This document shows, piece by piece, positions 26,206 to 38,700 of a stretch of 64,000 nucleotides of DNA; within the stretch, counting starts at the first letter, position 1; every line of letters starts with the position of its first letter. A program made the position numbers and the translations under genes. The stretch is from Raillietiella orientalis (Eukaryota), in assembly GCA_036172245.1 (NCBI GenBank), contig JAYWIR010000015.1, forward strand, positions 3,720,001 to 3,784,000, written 5' to 3'. The notes under the pieces are model-generated. The model ran no database searches. It was not told where the DNA came from and was given only the letters and a program-made list of their open reading frames with translations.

Positions 26206-29200
26206 TTTCTGATCTAATAAACATTTTTCGAGTCAGAAGAGTCCTTTGGTGCACTTTATGTATTTCTGGGTTGCGCAAAGATCATCTCTTCATACCAATG
26301 TAACACTATTTTGTGAATAATTTCATAATCATATTGTTAATCTTTAATGATGATAGAATGACATTCATTTTTTATGCAACACACAATGATAGAATAACAT
26401 TTTTCTTATTGTGCAACATACAAGGGAAATAATCTATTCTGGAAGAAAAAAAAGATTTGTTCAAGGTTGGTCAGTGTTTGAGAGAAATAGCAGTTTCAAA
26501 TTTGGCATTACATGATTTCCAAATGCAAAAGTTTGCTGTTAGAAAACCAGACTCCGTTGTTTGTTATAGAACTTGCCAGATAGCAAGAACATCAGTAACT
26601 CTGGGATGTTTATAATTTTCTTTCTCAAATTAAAAAACTTACGCAATCAAAGCTCTTTGGCAATTCGAATTGAATAATTTTTCATTAATGCAGAACAGTA
26701 CAAACTCTTCGGTGCCTTCAAAATTTGTCAAACCACGTTAAGATAAAACGAACAATAATGAAGACAATGCAATCATGTAGTGTGACCTTAATTTGGACAA
26801 GAATTCACCTCTTCCGTATCTCTGACACAGAAGTGCAATGAAACATCAATAATTTCACATTTCCTTATGCATTATGGGGTGTACGTTCCATATCTATTGA
26901 TAGTTCAAGAAATATCGCATGGAATACCGGGTGTTAATGATTTTTCTTCTGTATAATAAACAATTTTGTTAGTTTTTTTTGTTGGAAAAAAACTTACCAT
27001 AGCAAAAAGTAAACGATACGAACACCTTTTTTCTTTTGTCCCCCATTTTTTCTTTGCAGCTCGGTATGCTTTGCCTAGTTTTTCATTTGGCAAAATGTCC
27101 CAGCCGGTGGGCAACATAACTGCTTACTCGGCATAGCAAAGTACCGACTACATCACACAATACAGAAAAGGCGCGTATAACGTAATTCAAGAATGTCAAT
27201 CTTCGTCAAAGTTTCGTTTCATTATTTTGCCTGAATTCCCAAGTTTTGATGTGAACTATGATTTCAGTTTAACGCAATGGTGCAGCAATCGACTTTACTG
27301 GAAGTTACAGAAAATTCACTGCTCGGTGCTGTTTTTGGGGGGCTCAGCATTTTCGTTTTTCTACGGTATCTTAATAACGTGAATGTATTCTACATAGCAT
27401 GTGCACATGTTGGATGCACTTCACATGCACGTATTCATGCAACCTGATTGCAAAGTCCTTCACATAAATGTCGAAACAAAAATGAAAGCTCTTTCCCAAC
27501 TGTTCCAAAATTCTTTGAGCCTCAAAATTAACTCCAGACCGCCGACTGCAAAGTTGAAGAAACTCAAATGACAAAGGGAATGTGGAAATCGAAAAAGGTT
27601 TGAACAGTCTTTTTCCAGCGCGAACTGCGCTGAGTACATTCGTATTCAATGCGTAGACGAGAAATTCTGCCTTTTCGAGTCTCATGTACAGAGAAACATG
27701 GAATCCCGTACTTAGAATACATCAGTAATGAAAGACTAGCTTTGATTTCTAGTAATCAAGCGATATTCTTAAGAAGTTCCTCAGTAAATTGCCTATAATC
27801 TGAACCCCTCCAAATGCAAGCAGACCGCAAACTTTGTAATTGGTGTGGCTCTATAGGGTACGAATCCGCCACAGGGTAAACCCAGCCGGTGCTATGAGGT
27901 AGTGGATTTCAGTCTTCCGATCCAAGTGAGCACTCCTATTACACTGGGCTTTAGGATTTTCTTTCTATCAAGCACTGTATTGAAACGAAGTTGGCAAAGC
28001 CGAAAACCATACATGTGTTTCACTAAAACATAAAAAACGATATATGTGCAACAGACTACTTTTCAGTAATGGGATTCCGACTAGAAATTTTGAAGTTATT
28101 CATTTTGTAATTTCAACATAATGATATTACATATATATATATATATACGCAGTTGACATTTCATGTTAGACTTTAAGAGCACAACAGTCATAATAGATAC
28201 TCTGGTAGCGTTGAATGTTTTTAATCTCTTGGCAATTTGACGCTACTGGTGCTTCTTCCCTGACATAGACATAAGGGTCAGGTAAATCACCAGTAATAAC
28301 TTCGAAAATTCCAATCGAGTTCACTGACATTTTAATCAATTGCATTTGTAGCGTTTACGAATGCGCTTAAGATAAGCACTCTGATCCACACGGATAAAAT
28401 GCATGATGTTTTAGTGAACTGCAGCAGTGTTAGATTGTTTATTTGTAAATGCCTCGAAAATAGTAGTGACGAATATTACACTAAAAAATCAGAAGCCATA
28501 CCGTCCTAAGCAAGTAGAGTTTGCTATTCAGTTACTAAGATTACAAACCAAGAAAATTTTGCATCGTAATCCTTATTGCACTTGTCCTGTGAATTTACAC
28601 TTCGATTTCCTAGTCACGGTAGTTCCTTATGAATTGAAGTATTCTTTGTTTTCCTTATAATTCATAGAAGTTCATTGATCAGATTTTTTACCTAAATAAG
28701 TATCAATTAAGTGACTTTTCTATTGCGTTTACAAAATTACTGAAAGGATTTAAAATATTGAATCGTAATTGTGGTTTTAACAATAAATCAACTTCACTGA
28801 AGTCTATCAGGTCTCAATAAAATCTTCAAAACAAACACCTAAAATTGCATTACATTGGAGATCCAGAGATTTTGTTGAAATTTTAGAAAAAGTAACATTA
28901 TTTGAATAGCTCTTCAAAACTGGGAGCAAAGTAATAGCAAACTTTTCACATATTCGTAATGGGCAGAAATGTGAAACACCTGAATGGTTTACAACTCAAC
29001 CAGCTAGCAAGCTTTTACACCCTCTACTAAAGATGCTAAAATGAAAATTCCCATGGTAGCAGTCGTTTCGTATTTAACTGATTTTCTTTTGTTCCGATTT
29101 GCATTGTGTGCCTTTGTTTTTGGTCGTGAAGGTCAACATGTAGTTAGCTATCTCTATTATCCGTTATCATGTGCGTAGTAAGAAATATCCGGAAAACACA

Positions 29201-30937
29201 CTCGAAACGCAGTTAAGAGTTCTCCGTAGATTGACCTAAATTTGCATAAGCGCTGTATAACCGTAAGTACCGACTTGTGCCAGTGCAACATAATTTCTTC
29301 CGTTTTGAACTGAACTCAAGCAGAAAATAAAATCATGTGTGGCACATCGAGAGCTGAAAAGGATGTGTGGATCAGGCGCTTCCGTGATTATTCAGGAATG
29401 CCGAATCCTTGAAGGCAACGCACAACTTTCCGCTTTACTGCGCCGTGGAAACTTGGGGAAGAATCAGTGACTTTCGAAATAACATCATAAGCATAAGGAA
29501 CAAATTTCTTTCCGTGCTATTAACAAGGGAAAAGAGAATTCAGTACAAGGCTGGATTTTTGACTCAATACGCCGGAAGTCCAACTTTATACAGTAGAACC
29601 ACAATTTCGCTGAACGAAGCGTTGTAAAACATAGCAGTGGACGATCTGTTCGTAGAGAGCATCGGAGAAATATTATTTTCAAAATTATCTTACGATCAGA
29701 ATATAGAAAGCAGTTTTATTTTCGCCTCTGTGAAAGCTGTGTGATTTCATGACCTTTACGATGGCCACTCCAGCCTCTAGTAATTTTCAACAATGGCAAA
29801 CATGTAGTTATGGCAAGTGGGTCAAGATGCTTTCATTGTGCACCGGCACTATCCAGCACAATTTAGAAGCATTTATATTTTCCTACGCGATTCCCTTATA
29901 TTTTTTTTTACCCTACATCGTTTGTATTTCTTTTCATGGGGCTCTTATTTACAATTTTTAAATATATGAACTTTAGCATATATCTTAATAATGGACTTTA
30001 ATGATTTAATTCAGCATTACACACGTACAGATGGGTTTTGAAAATCTTTGGTCGATTAAGAAATGAAAATCAAATGGATTCTTATTTTTGTTGCTGAAAG
30101 CATTGCATAAGCAGAGACAAATATAACAAAATTCACCACACCGCTTGTTGGACCTGGGGAAAACTACAAACATGACAAAACGAAGAAATTACAGATAAAG
30201 TCCTGAAGCATAATCATATATTTAAATACAATACTGAATTGGCAAACTTTTGTGGATTTACTTTTACCTCTAATAGGTTCCTCATTATTTACCCATACGA
30301 GCCAAAAAAAAAATTATTAAGTGAATTATTAAGCGTACATCAGTTTATCAAATTAGAAACAAAATGAGCCTGGAATATCATATCTGAAATTAATATGATT
30401 GATATATAGCGAAGATGTTACCTCGCTACAACGAAATCCGTGCTTACTGATGACTTCCTGATGTTCAAGCAGATAAGAAAATAAAATTAAGCAATCGTAT
30501 CACGCCTATGCATGAGTGCAGTATAGCGTACAATTAAGGTATGTCTAAACTGATGTAGATCAACCCTCTGTGTTCAATTTATGTCCCTAAATCTTGGCGA
30601 ACGCTACTGGAATATTCGTGATATTTTACGTGCACCTAGTAACACAACCATCACTATCCATTGCTTACCATCAGGTGTTATAACAGCATATGTGGCAATA
30701 AGACGAATTTCGAAGAGAATTTTACACTTTTACGTAGGTTTAAAAACAGTATATTGAAAATATATAGTAAGTAATATGAATAGAAGTAAAGGTATAGGAG
30801 CACATTAGCAACCCAGGGGTGCCTGGAAAATCACTATAGAAAGAATCAGACCAATCAAGTACTTCTATATCTTGAAATAATACTAACTGCATGCTCTGCA
30901 ATAAACATCTGTGTTTCTTCCATTAAAAATCAGTGGT

Positions 30938-33900
30938 TCATTTCAGCCCGTCTACGCCGGATGGGCCGTCTGACTCGTAACTGCTATGGAGGCCAACTGA
31001 AGTTCCCCAGTGTCTTTTGATTCCTGCAGCATTCCTGCATTACAATTTGGAATAAACATGGTACCAACTTCCAAGATTCAGCCTAACTGCAAGAATCGCA
31101 GCTGTGCCTTAAGATTCAGGATGTTTTCCCTCTCTTTAAGAACTGATTGTATCAACTGGCTATTTTCATTCTAGGAAACAAAATGCAATTGAAGGAAAAA
31201 AATAACGTAGTTTTACTTGTAGTTGTTCAATTTCTCTCTGTTCTTCCAATGAGAGTACTGCTTCTTCTGAGAGATGCTGACACTTTTTTAACAACTGTAG
31301 TAATTCCTGCAATTCTAAACATTCTTGCACCAAATGCTGTTTCACTTCTGTATTGTATTTTTTGAGTTCATCTTCCTGAAGCAACAACAGCAGGCATTCC
31401 TTCCTGAGCTTCCCTATATTTTCATGATCAACAATACTAGCATTCTTTTGTTCCTCTGGACTACTTTTCTCTATGTTGGCCTGCTGTCCTTGTTGAAATT
31501 TTCGCAATTTTCTCTATAATACGACCTTAATTAGCAGGAGTTTCATTTAAACCAGTTACCTTGAGTTGTGTTGTAACACGCTGTACTTCCCATAACTGTT
31601 CTTCAATAGATGATGTACATCTTCCTTCTTGTAAAATTGTGTGAAGATGGTTGAGCAAGGATTCTTGTTTTTGAATTTCCTGCTGAATCACCAAAGGGCT
31701 TGTTAATTGATCAGTGAGGGTGGCACCAAGTGGTGGAATGTAGCTGACAACATAATCATAACAAACTCTTATGTAAAAAGCTTACCGGCTAAGAGAAATT
31801 TTTGGAAAAACAGCCTCTCGATTTTTTAGCAAAACAGCTAGGATGTGAGATGGCATGTGGACCAAAGGAGCCAGCAAATTACTTAAAGTACTCAGGGTTA
31901 GGGTTGCATTCTGTTCATGAAAACTTCTTAGAATGCAATTTTCCAGAGAATTACCTTCTCCAAAACATGATCCCAATGAGCACACAGCCAGCTAAGCAAT
32001 AATCGGCAGGATGGCTGGAGACGAGGAAGCAGGGCATCCCATGTCTGCATAACTGTCAGACTATCATTTTTGCAGTTGCATGCTTTTTCAGCCAGAGTAA
32101 TAATTTCCTCTTCTAGTAGAGGATGTGGAAGATCTCTGGAGAGTTTGTATTTAGGGTAAATGGGCAATGTTGACTGACTTTAGAAATGCTTTCAACAAGC
32201 TAGCAATGACTAGGGGGTTTTCATGCTCAAGAGAAAGCTTTTCTCCTCTATTGCACAAGCCTTTTAAATAATGCATTCTAGCTTTTGATCCTGGCATTAC
32301 ATACAGACCTTCAGTAGCTAAACCTGCAGTTCTCCAAATTATAATAATTCCAATAAATGTGAACTACCTGACTCTTCAAGGCAGTCAATGCATTGACGAA
32401 CAATTGCTGGTAAAGCTATTCCATCATGGGATGGATCCCGCAAAATAGCCATCTCCAAAGACACTCCAAAAACAGCAATTTCTAAAAGCAGAGTATCAGA
32501 AAAACCTTTCGTTAAAATAGTATTACTATAATTTCCATACATTTTGCAGTTTTAACATTCAGTTTATTATTTACCATGTTGCCAAGAATTGGAACGAAAT
32601 TGTATCTCAAATTATTTTGACATTAAACGTTAAAATAATTTAAATTTCAAGCAAAAGAATATATTGCCATGCCAAGAAATATATTGTATATACAAATTGT
32701 GTGACTGAAAGCTGTGCAAAAGATGAGCTTATCAGTATTCTTTGCACTTCTAGTCTGACCTCAGAACAAAGTACATGGGATGACAAATTAGAACTACGCG
32801 ATTCCCAATGGAATTAATTCTATGAGATACGTAAATGATAAAAACTAGATGTGAATGAGCTACTTGGTGGCAGTTTCCACCCTTCACATCCTAACACTTC
32901 TCATTTTCCTGGCAAGTACACCATACATCACTCCACAGAATCAATCTATTTTTGACTTTGTATTATGTTTACAAATTAGCACTTGCCGGAGTTTATAAAA
33001 AAAAATATTTGGTAAGAAAACTAACACTTTTCATCATTCACTTTGGCATTTCCCTACCGACTTTGCAGTTTCCAAGCTCCTCCTTACAGATTATGAATCG
33101 AATTTTCTGATAAAGTTTTCAAAGCTAAATGGAAGGCAGAACTAATCATAGGAACAGTAGAAAGACTACTAGAACATTCAGGTGACAAGGAAAGCTTTAG
33201 TAATTATCTTAAAGAAATACTATAAAGTTCCTCGTAGAAATCCTAGAAAGTTCCTCATTTTATACAAAATTCGTTCTTTAACTTGAAACAGTACAAAAAT
33301 AAAACATAATTTCCTGATTGAATACTGAGGAAATTTTGACTCGGCGTTTTAGAAAATATCGCCATTCCAGCGCCTATTATTATTCATTGCATTATTCATC
33401 CAGTATGTACATAGGTCTACATGATCTCACTTAAAGAATTCTCACTCTGCTAAGGCCAAATTGCATCTTAACTGCATCTATTGTATCTTAACGCTCAATG
33501 TGTTACTTGTTGAAGACTTGATGGGACGCCACCAATTATAAGAACTGAAAAGATCGAAACCTATGTTCCTAATGTTTGCAGATTTCTTGCAAAGCATTCC
33601 TGTAAGAACTCTTCAGTAATCAAAATACATTCAGAACTACCTCATTAAACAAAAAATTTCAACTAAATTTTATTCTGTTATTACTTCATCTGACATATTC
33701 ACTTGATTCAATGATGCTTTAATCATCCATCATTCCTGCAAATTGGGAAATGTGGTAATGTTCCATCAAGCAATCAATTATATTATACCATAATGATATT
33801 CCTTACATTCAAATGAAGGAATTAGATGACAGCTATTTGTAGCTTAGTTTATTCAGAATACAGATGAATGTTCATAATTCGTTATTTACTATCAAGTACT

Positions 33901-35754
33901 ACTGACTGCCGAAATGAGATTGCAAAGCAACAAATCAAAGAGAAAAAGGTGGCACTGACTAAAAATTTCCAGGGAAACTAAGAAACTTTATGAAATGGAA
34001 TGAATTTTCCTGTTTATAGTAGAAGTATGTATACAGTTCCACTATCTTCATGAGTGTCCCACAGATACTGTCCGAAATGATGCATTTGTCAATACATTCG
34101 TAATGTACCGATTAGCTTTTTTGCAACTGTTTGCATATATGTATGCAAAATAAACTATCAAGATAGTTGCCTTTGTATTCTTCAATATTGCTTCAGTTGT
34201 CCCCACTACCATTCAAAAATTTCAGTGGCAGACTCCTCAGGTATCATTTGATTTTGCAAATGTAACACAACTGTTTTTTGAGAAAGTAATATCAAAACAC
34301 AACCAATCCTTCATAACAAATTTTATGTTTATGGATAGTCAGACACCAATCATTTCTCAATTTATTAAAAGATGAAATAGCTCTTTACATCGCATGGAAA
34401 GAACTTATTTGTTTTGTTTTTATTTTGCATCAGATTTCCTTTAAGTTCGTCAATTTCATTTTTCCTGATAGCAATCATGGCTTCTAGACCTTCTACAGAA
34501 AAACTTCCGCAATTTCTATATCTTGGACTCATGACTGCTATGAATCAAGAGACTGTAGAACCAATTACTTCTATTCATTACTTCTTATTTCATAACTAAT
34601 TACTTCTTTTTGTTAAACATTCAATATCATTTATTTTTATAGATGTTAGTATGTATTCAATCATATTTATCCTCATTTTGTCCTCACTGGCCATTACCTC
34701 ATACTTCCAATATCAAGTTTGAAACAAACTCTGCTACATCCCTTTCATAAGGAAATATTAGTTTTTTTCTGTTGTAACTGAGGTATTCAACCTATGATAG
34801 TTGGTCTAGAATGTATCATTTCATCATCCTTGACCAATTGCTAAAAGTTTGAACTGGCATTTTTTTTTTTTTTTTTTCCAATTTTCAAGTGGCTGGGAAG
34901 TGTGTTTTCCACTTATCCTCAATACATAAGTTTCACAGTCGGTTTTTTGGGATTGAGCGTTTTCAAAACTCTTTTCATGCGAATTGTTCCTCATTTCGTG
35001 GAACTTTCTTATAATAAATATGTAGATTGAAAATTCACAACAATATAAATGCAAACATATGCCTGCTTTACAAATATAAGTATTTACGCAAGTATGCAAA
35101 AATTGATTTCCTTGATTTCCTTTTATTTTATTCTATTTTCTCTTGTAATTTCTCAAGTATTTCAAGAAGAGTTCCTCAGAAAAGAAAAGAAATTTATAAC
35201 CATTATCAACACTGGTAAAAGATACTTGTAATAATCATCCTACAGAAGTATAGAATAAAAGTATAGAAGTATCACAGCTTTTAGGATATAGTGCTCAAAT
35301 AACGAAAAATCAAGTCATTAGAAATCTTTAAAATTTCCGAATTCCAACTCTGTCAACATCTGAATGAGGTTTGCAAACAACATAAATCAAACTGGAAATT
35401 TTGAAAACTAACCTGCTTCCGGATTGTGACCTTTCTTGGATTTCTTTTTCTCTTTTATCATTAATTTCAGTTTATTGTCTTTGATTTTTTTTCTGTTAGG
35501 ATCATTTTTTCGCTGCTGCATATCCTTTTTATCCGCTGAGGCTTTTTTGGAAGAAAACTTGAACGCCTTCAACTTTTTTGATATGCTAAGACCATGAGTT
35601 GCTACTTTCTATGTTGAAACTCATGCCTTTTACCTCATTTCTACATCCAATTCTTCACAGGAGCTTCCTCCAACCAACGTAGCATATCCTTTATCTTTTT
35701 TATCCTTCCTTTTGCCAAGGATATCCTTTTTGTTGAATTTGTCATCTGTACTGG
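30938..35754 (-). CDS. RALBP1: RalA-binding protein 1 (RLIP76)-like: RhoGAP domain + Ral-binding domain + coiled coil; first coding exon(s) not located
   Basis: Exons 35634-35754, 35413-35585, 32368-32481, 32179-32323, 31955-32135, 31786-31910, 31560-31743, 31217-31513, 31088-31170, 30938-31034. If the last intron is retained the stop is at 31078. Motifs KDKGYATL, VFGVSLEMA..HDGIALPAIVRQCID, IASLLKAFLKDLP, LLLSWLCAHWDHV and the Ral-binding helix pair EIQKQESLLNHLH..EEQLWEVQRVTTQLKRKLR. Confidence 0.92.
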
Positions 35755-38700
35755 CTGTAAGGCACAGAATTAGTATCCATATACCATTCTCATTAACCAA
35801 AGAAGAAAAAAGAATGCATTTATTATATTATACACATGACCTAGTAATGAAGATAGGTTTAAATATGGAATCTGGTTTTAATTTTTCAAGCAAATTTTTG
35901 TGCATGCATATCAATTTGAAACAAAACTAGAAACAAATTAATTTTTCATAACAATGCTTAAGGATATGATGTGAGTTCTAATAACATATCTGGCATGAAA
36001 AGTATATACATTGGTTATACAGTTCCACAAACACTATTATTCATTTCAAATAAAAAAATTTCAGCTTCCAAGACAGTAATGCTTGGCATACCAGTGAATT
36101 TGTATCTGCTTCTAATTGTGAAAAAGAATACCTTCGTTTACTTAATGTAGCAAGGTAAAATGCGCTTTTAGTATTTTCACTTCTTTTTAACACCATTTAT
36201 AATTAACTAAAATCACATTTGAAACAAAGCATCTTATTTTTTTTAACACATACTAAATAAAACTAAAAAAGAAAAGTTTTTGCAAATATTTTTTTGTCTA
36301 CTCTTTTTCCTATGTCTTGGTGTCACTTACATAACTTGTCAACGATTTGAAATATTGTTTAAAAAAATGCGAATCTAAAATGATCAATGGAATCCCTCAT
36401 AAAAGGAACTGCTGATGAATAAGTAGAAATCTTTCAATTCGATGCAAATTCTTATAATTGATTCAAAAAATACTTGTGATTAATAACAGTATTAACTAAG
36501 CATTAACTGATATTTTTCTCTTAGACATACCAAGAAAAACTGTTTAAACCTCACTAAGGGAATTAATTGCCTTCAGTTTTTTTTCTTCCAAAACTTACTT
36601 TCGTAAACATTAGGTTGAAATTAAAAATGATCTGAACTATGATGATCATGCTTCCACCATAATATCAGCTACAGATAGGCTTTACTTTCTCTGATGCTTT
36701 CCACTGATCCACTGTAATTGATAATTATTTGATAAGTAATCTTTTAAAATGTCCTATGAATACCAGTTTATTTACATGTATTTACTAAAGATTGGCAATT
36801 TCCAAAAAACAAATCTGGAAAAGGGTCAAAAGATTTGGAAAAAAATTGTTCTATGGAAGTAAATTCATTTCATTAGATACATGTATATGTTAGTTATCAT
36901 TATTACTAGCACTGATAAATGCTTCCAGCAGCATAAAATGGTTCATCTCATGCCCCGCTAGAATCATTTTTTAATTTCAAAATCCTATCTTCCAAAATAT
37001 TCAGTATAGCTCAGGAATACAACAGAAAATTAAATACTAGCATGAACCGATGAACACAGTACTTTTATCTCAAGGCCCAGAAAACGCTGTTTTCTGAATT
37101 CTTCTTCAACACATTTCCAATATTTAATAATTATGTTTTTTTTTGTTTGACTTCATCTAACAGCATTTGGGAATTTGGATACAAAAAAAAGCAATGGAAA
37201 TGCATAGAATTGCAAAAAAGAATTCATATTTATTTTTTATTTAGTTTTTCTCTAACATTTAATCATTTTTTTATCGATATGCAATTAACTAAATAAAATC
37301 CAGGTTGATTTCTCCATTTTCTCATCTAAAAAAAAAATTGCAACATTTTCTTTCATGTCTATTGCAATATTTATATCCAAACTTTGAAACGACAGCTCCA
37401 AAGCATCATTGTCTGAGCTGACTCATATGTTCAGAATGCTCTCTTTTAAAGAATTTTGACATCTATTAATCTCGAATCTATTTCGAACCCAAAATTACTT
37501 GACAAATATGGAGACAATTGTGTGCGTTCTTGTGTTTGCAGATTTATCATTTTATTGAATGGGAAAAGCAACAATGAAAGAATTCAGCTTCTTTTACAGA
37601 GTTGATCCAATCCTTCCCGTTTTTGTCACACCATCAAATGATGCAGAGATATCAGTCCATCATTCATGTCTATCCCATGGCAAGTTGACCTTAAACACTT
37701 AATATATTTTATAGTATCTCATCAACATTTTAATTTTCACATCTGGTTTCCTTATACACACATCTTCATGTTATAAAATTTCATTCTCGATTGATAAGAT
37801 CATTAATTCAGTATTCTGGTTTTATTTAAAAAGCCTAAAAATAGTTCCTACGGCTTTTTCCAAATAAAACTTGGGTTGTTAAACAGACTTATGCACTTTT
37901 AAAAGAAACACTGATGAGAAATTAAACACATAATAAAAATCACCAGGGTACATACCACTGAATAATTTTGCTAAAAATGGAACAAGTTGAAACTTTCAAA
38001 GATATACAAAAATACTGTACATGTCAACATTTCCAGCATGTAAAAGAAATATTCCATGCCACAAGGCTTTTTGGGGAATAAAAATTTTTTTTATACTCAT
38101 GACTACATTTAGACTTAATTTGTCATACTAACATTTACCATAAAGATATATGCCAGCATTCCATTTATATTAAACTCGCTATGTTTTAAAATAAAAAACT
38201 TATTCTCTCATATTATTTTGCTTTTTGCATCTAAAGCAAATAAGTTCTCCACACAAAAAAAGGAAATGCCAAAATTACAGTTGCAAGAAATATTAATTAA
38301 TCCTATAATGTTGTTTTCTTCATTTGATGCATGCAGGCATTTGTCAAAGCAAAGATGCAAACATGAAACAAATAGATGCAGCAATTTAAGAACTTTTTTT
38401 ACATTTCGATGATTCCAAATCGCAATTAACTATTTGATATAAATCATCATTGCAAATCTAGGCAATGAAATTGAGTTTTGATGTTTATCTGATTTTTCCT
38501 AGCAAATTTCTTACTGCCACTTCGAGTGGAACTCGCTTTTTTTAAATGTTGAAGCAACAGATGAAACCAATTCCTCTTTATCCATAAATATATAAACGTT
38601 TGTTTCATTTCATGTTATTATTTCAATGATTTATTCTCATTATTTAAAATAGTGATCTATGGTCTTTTTGAAAAATAGCTATTTATCACAGTCGTATATC

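Noticed and set aside
27842..27900. tRNA/SINE-like B-box (GGTACGAATCC) in a hairpin
   Set aside because: No cloverleaf, no convincing A box and no second copy in the window.
30941..30956. 16-nt match (CGTAGACGGGCTGAAA) between the RalBP1 last exon (-) and a PWWP-gene exon at ~53172 (+)
   Set aside because: About one such match is expected by chance in 64 kb, and the two are read in different frames.
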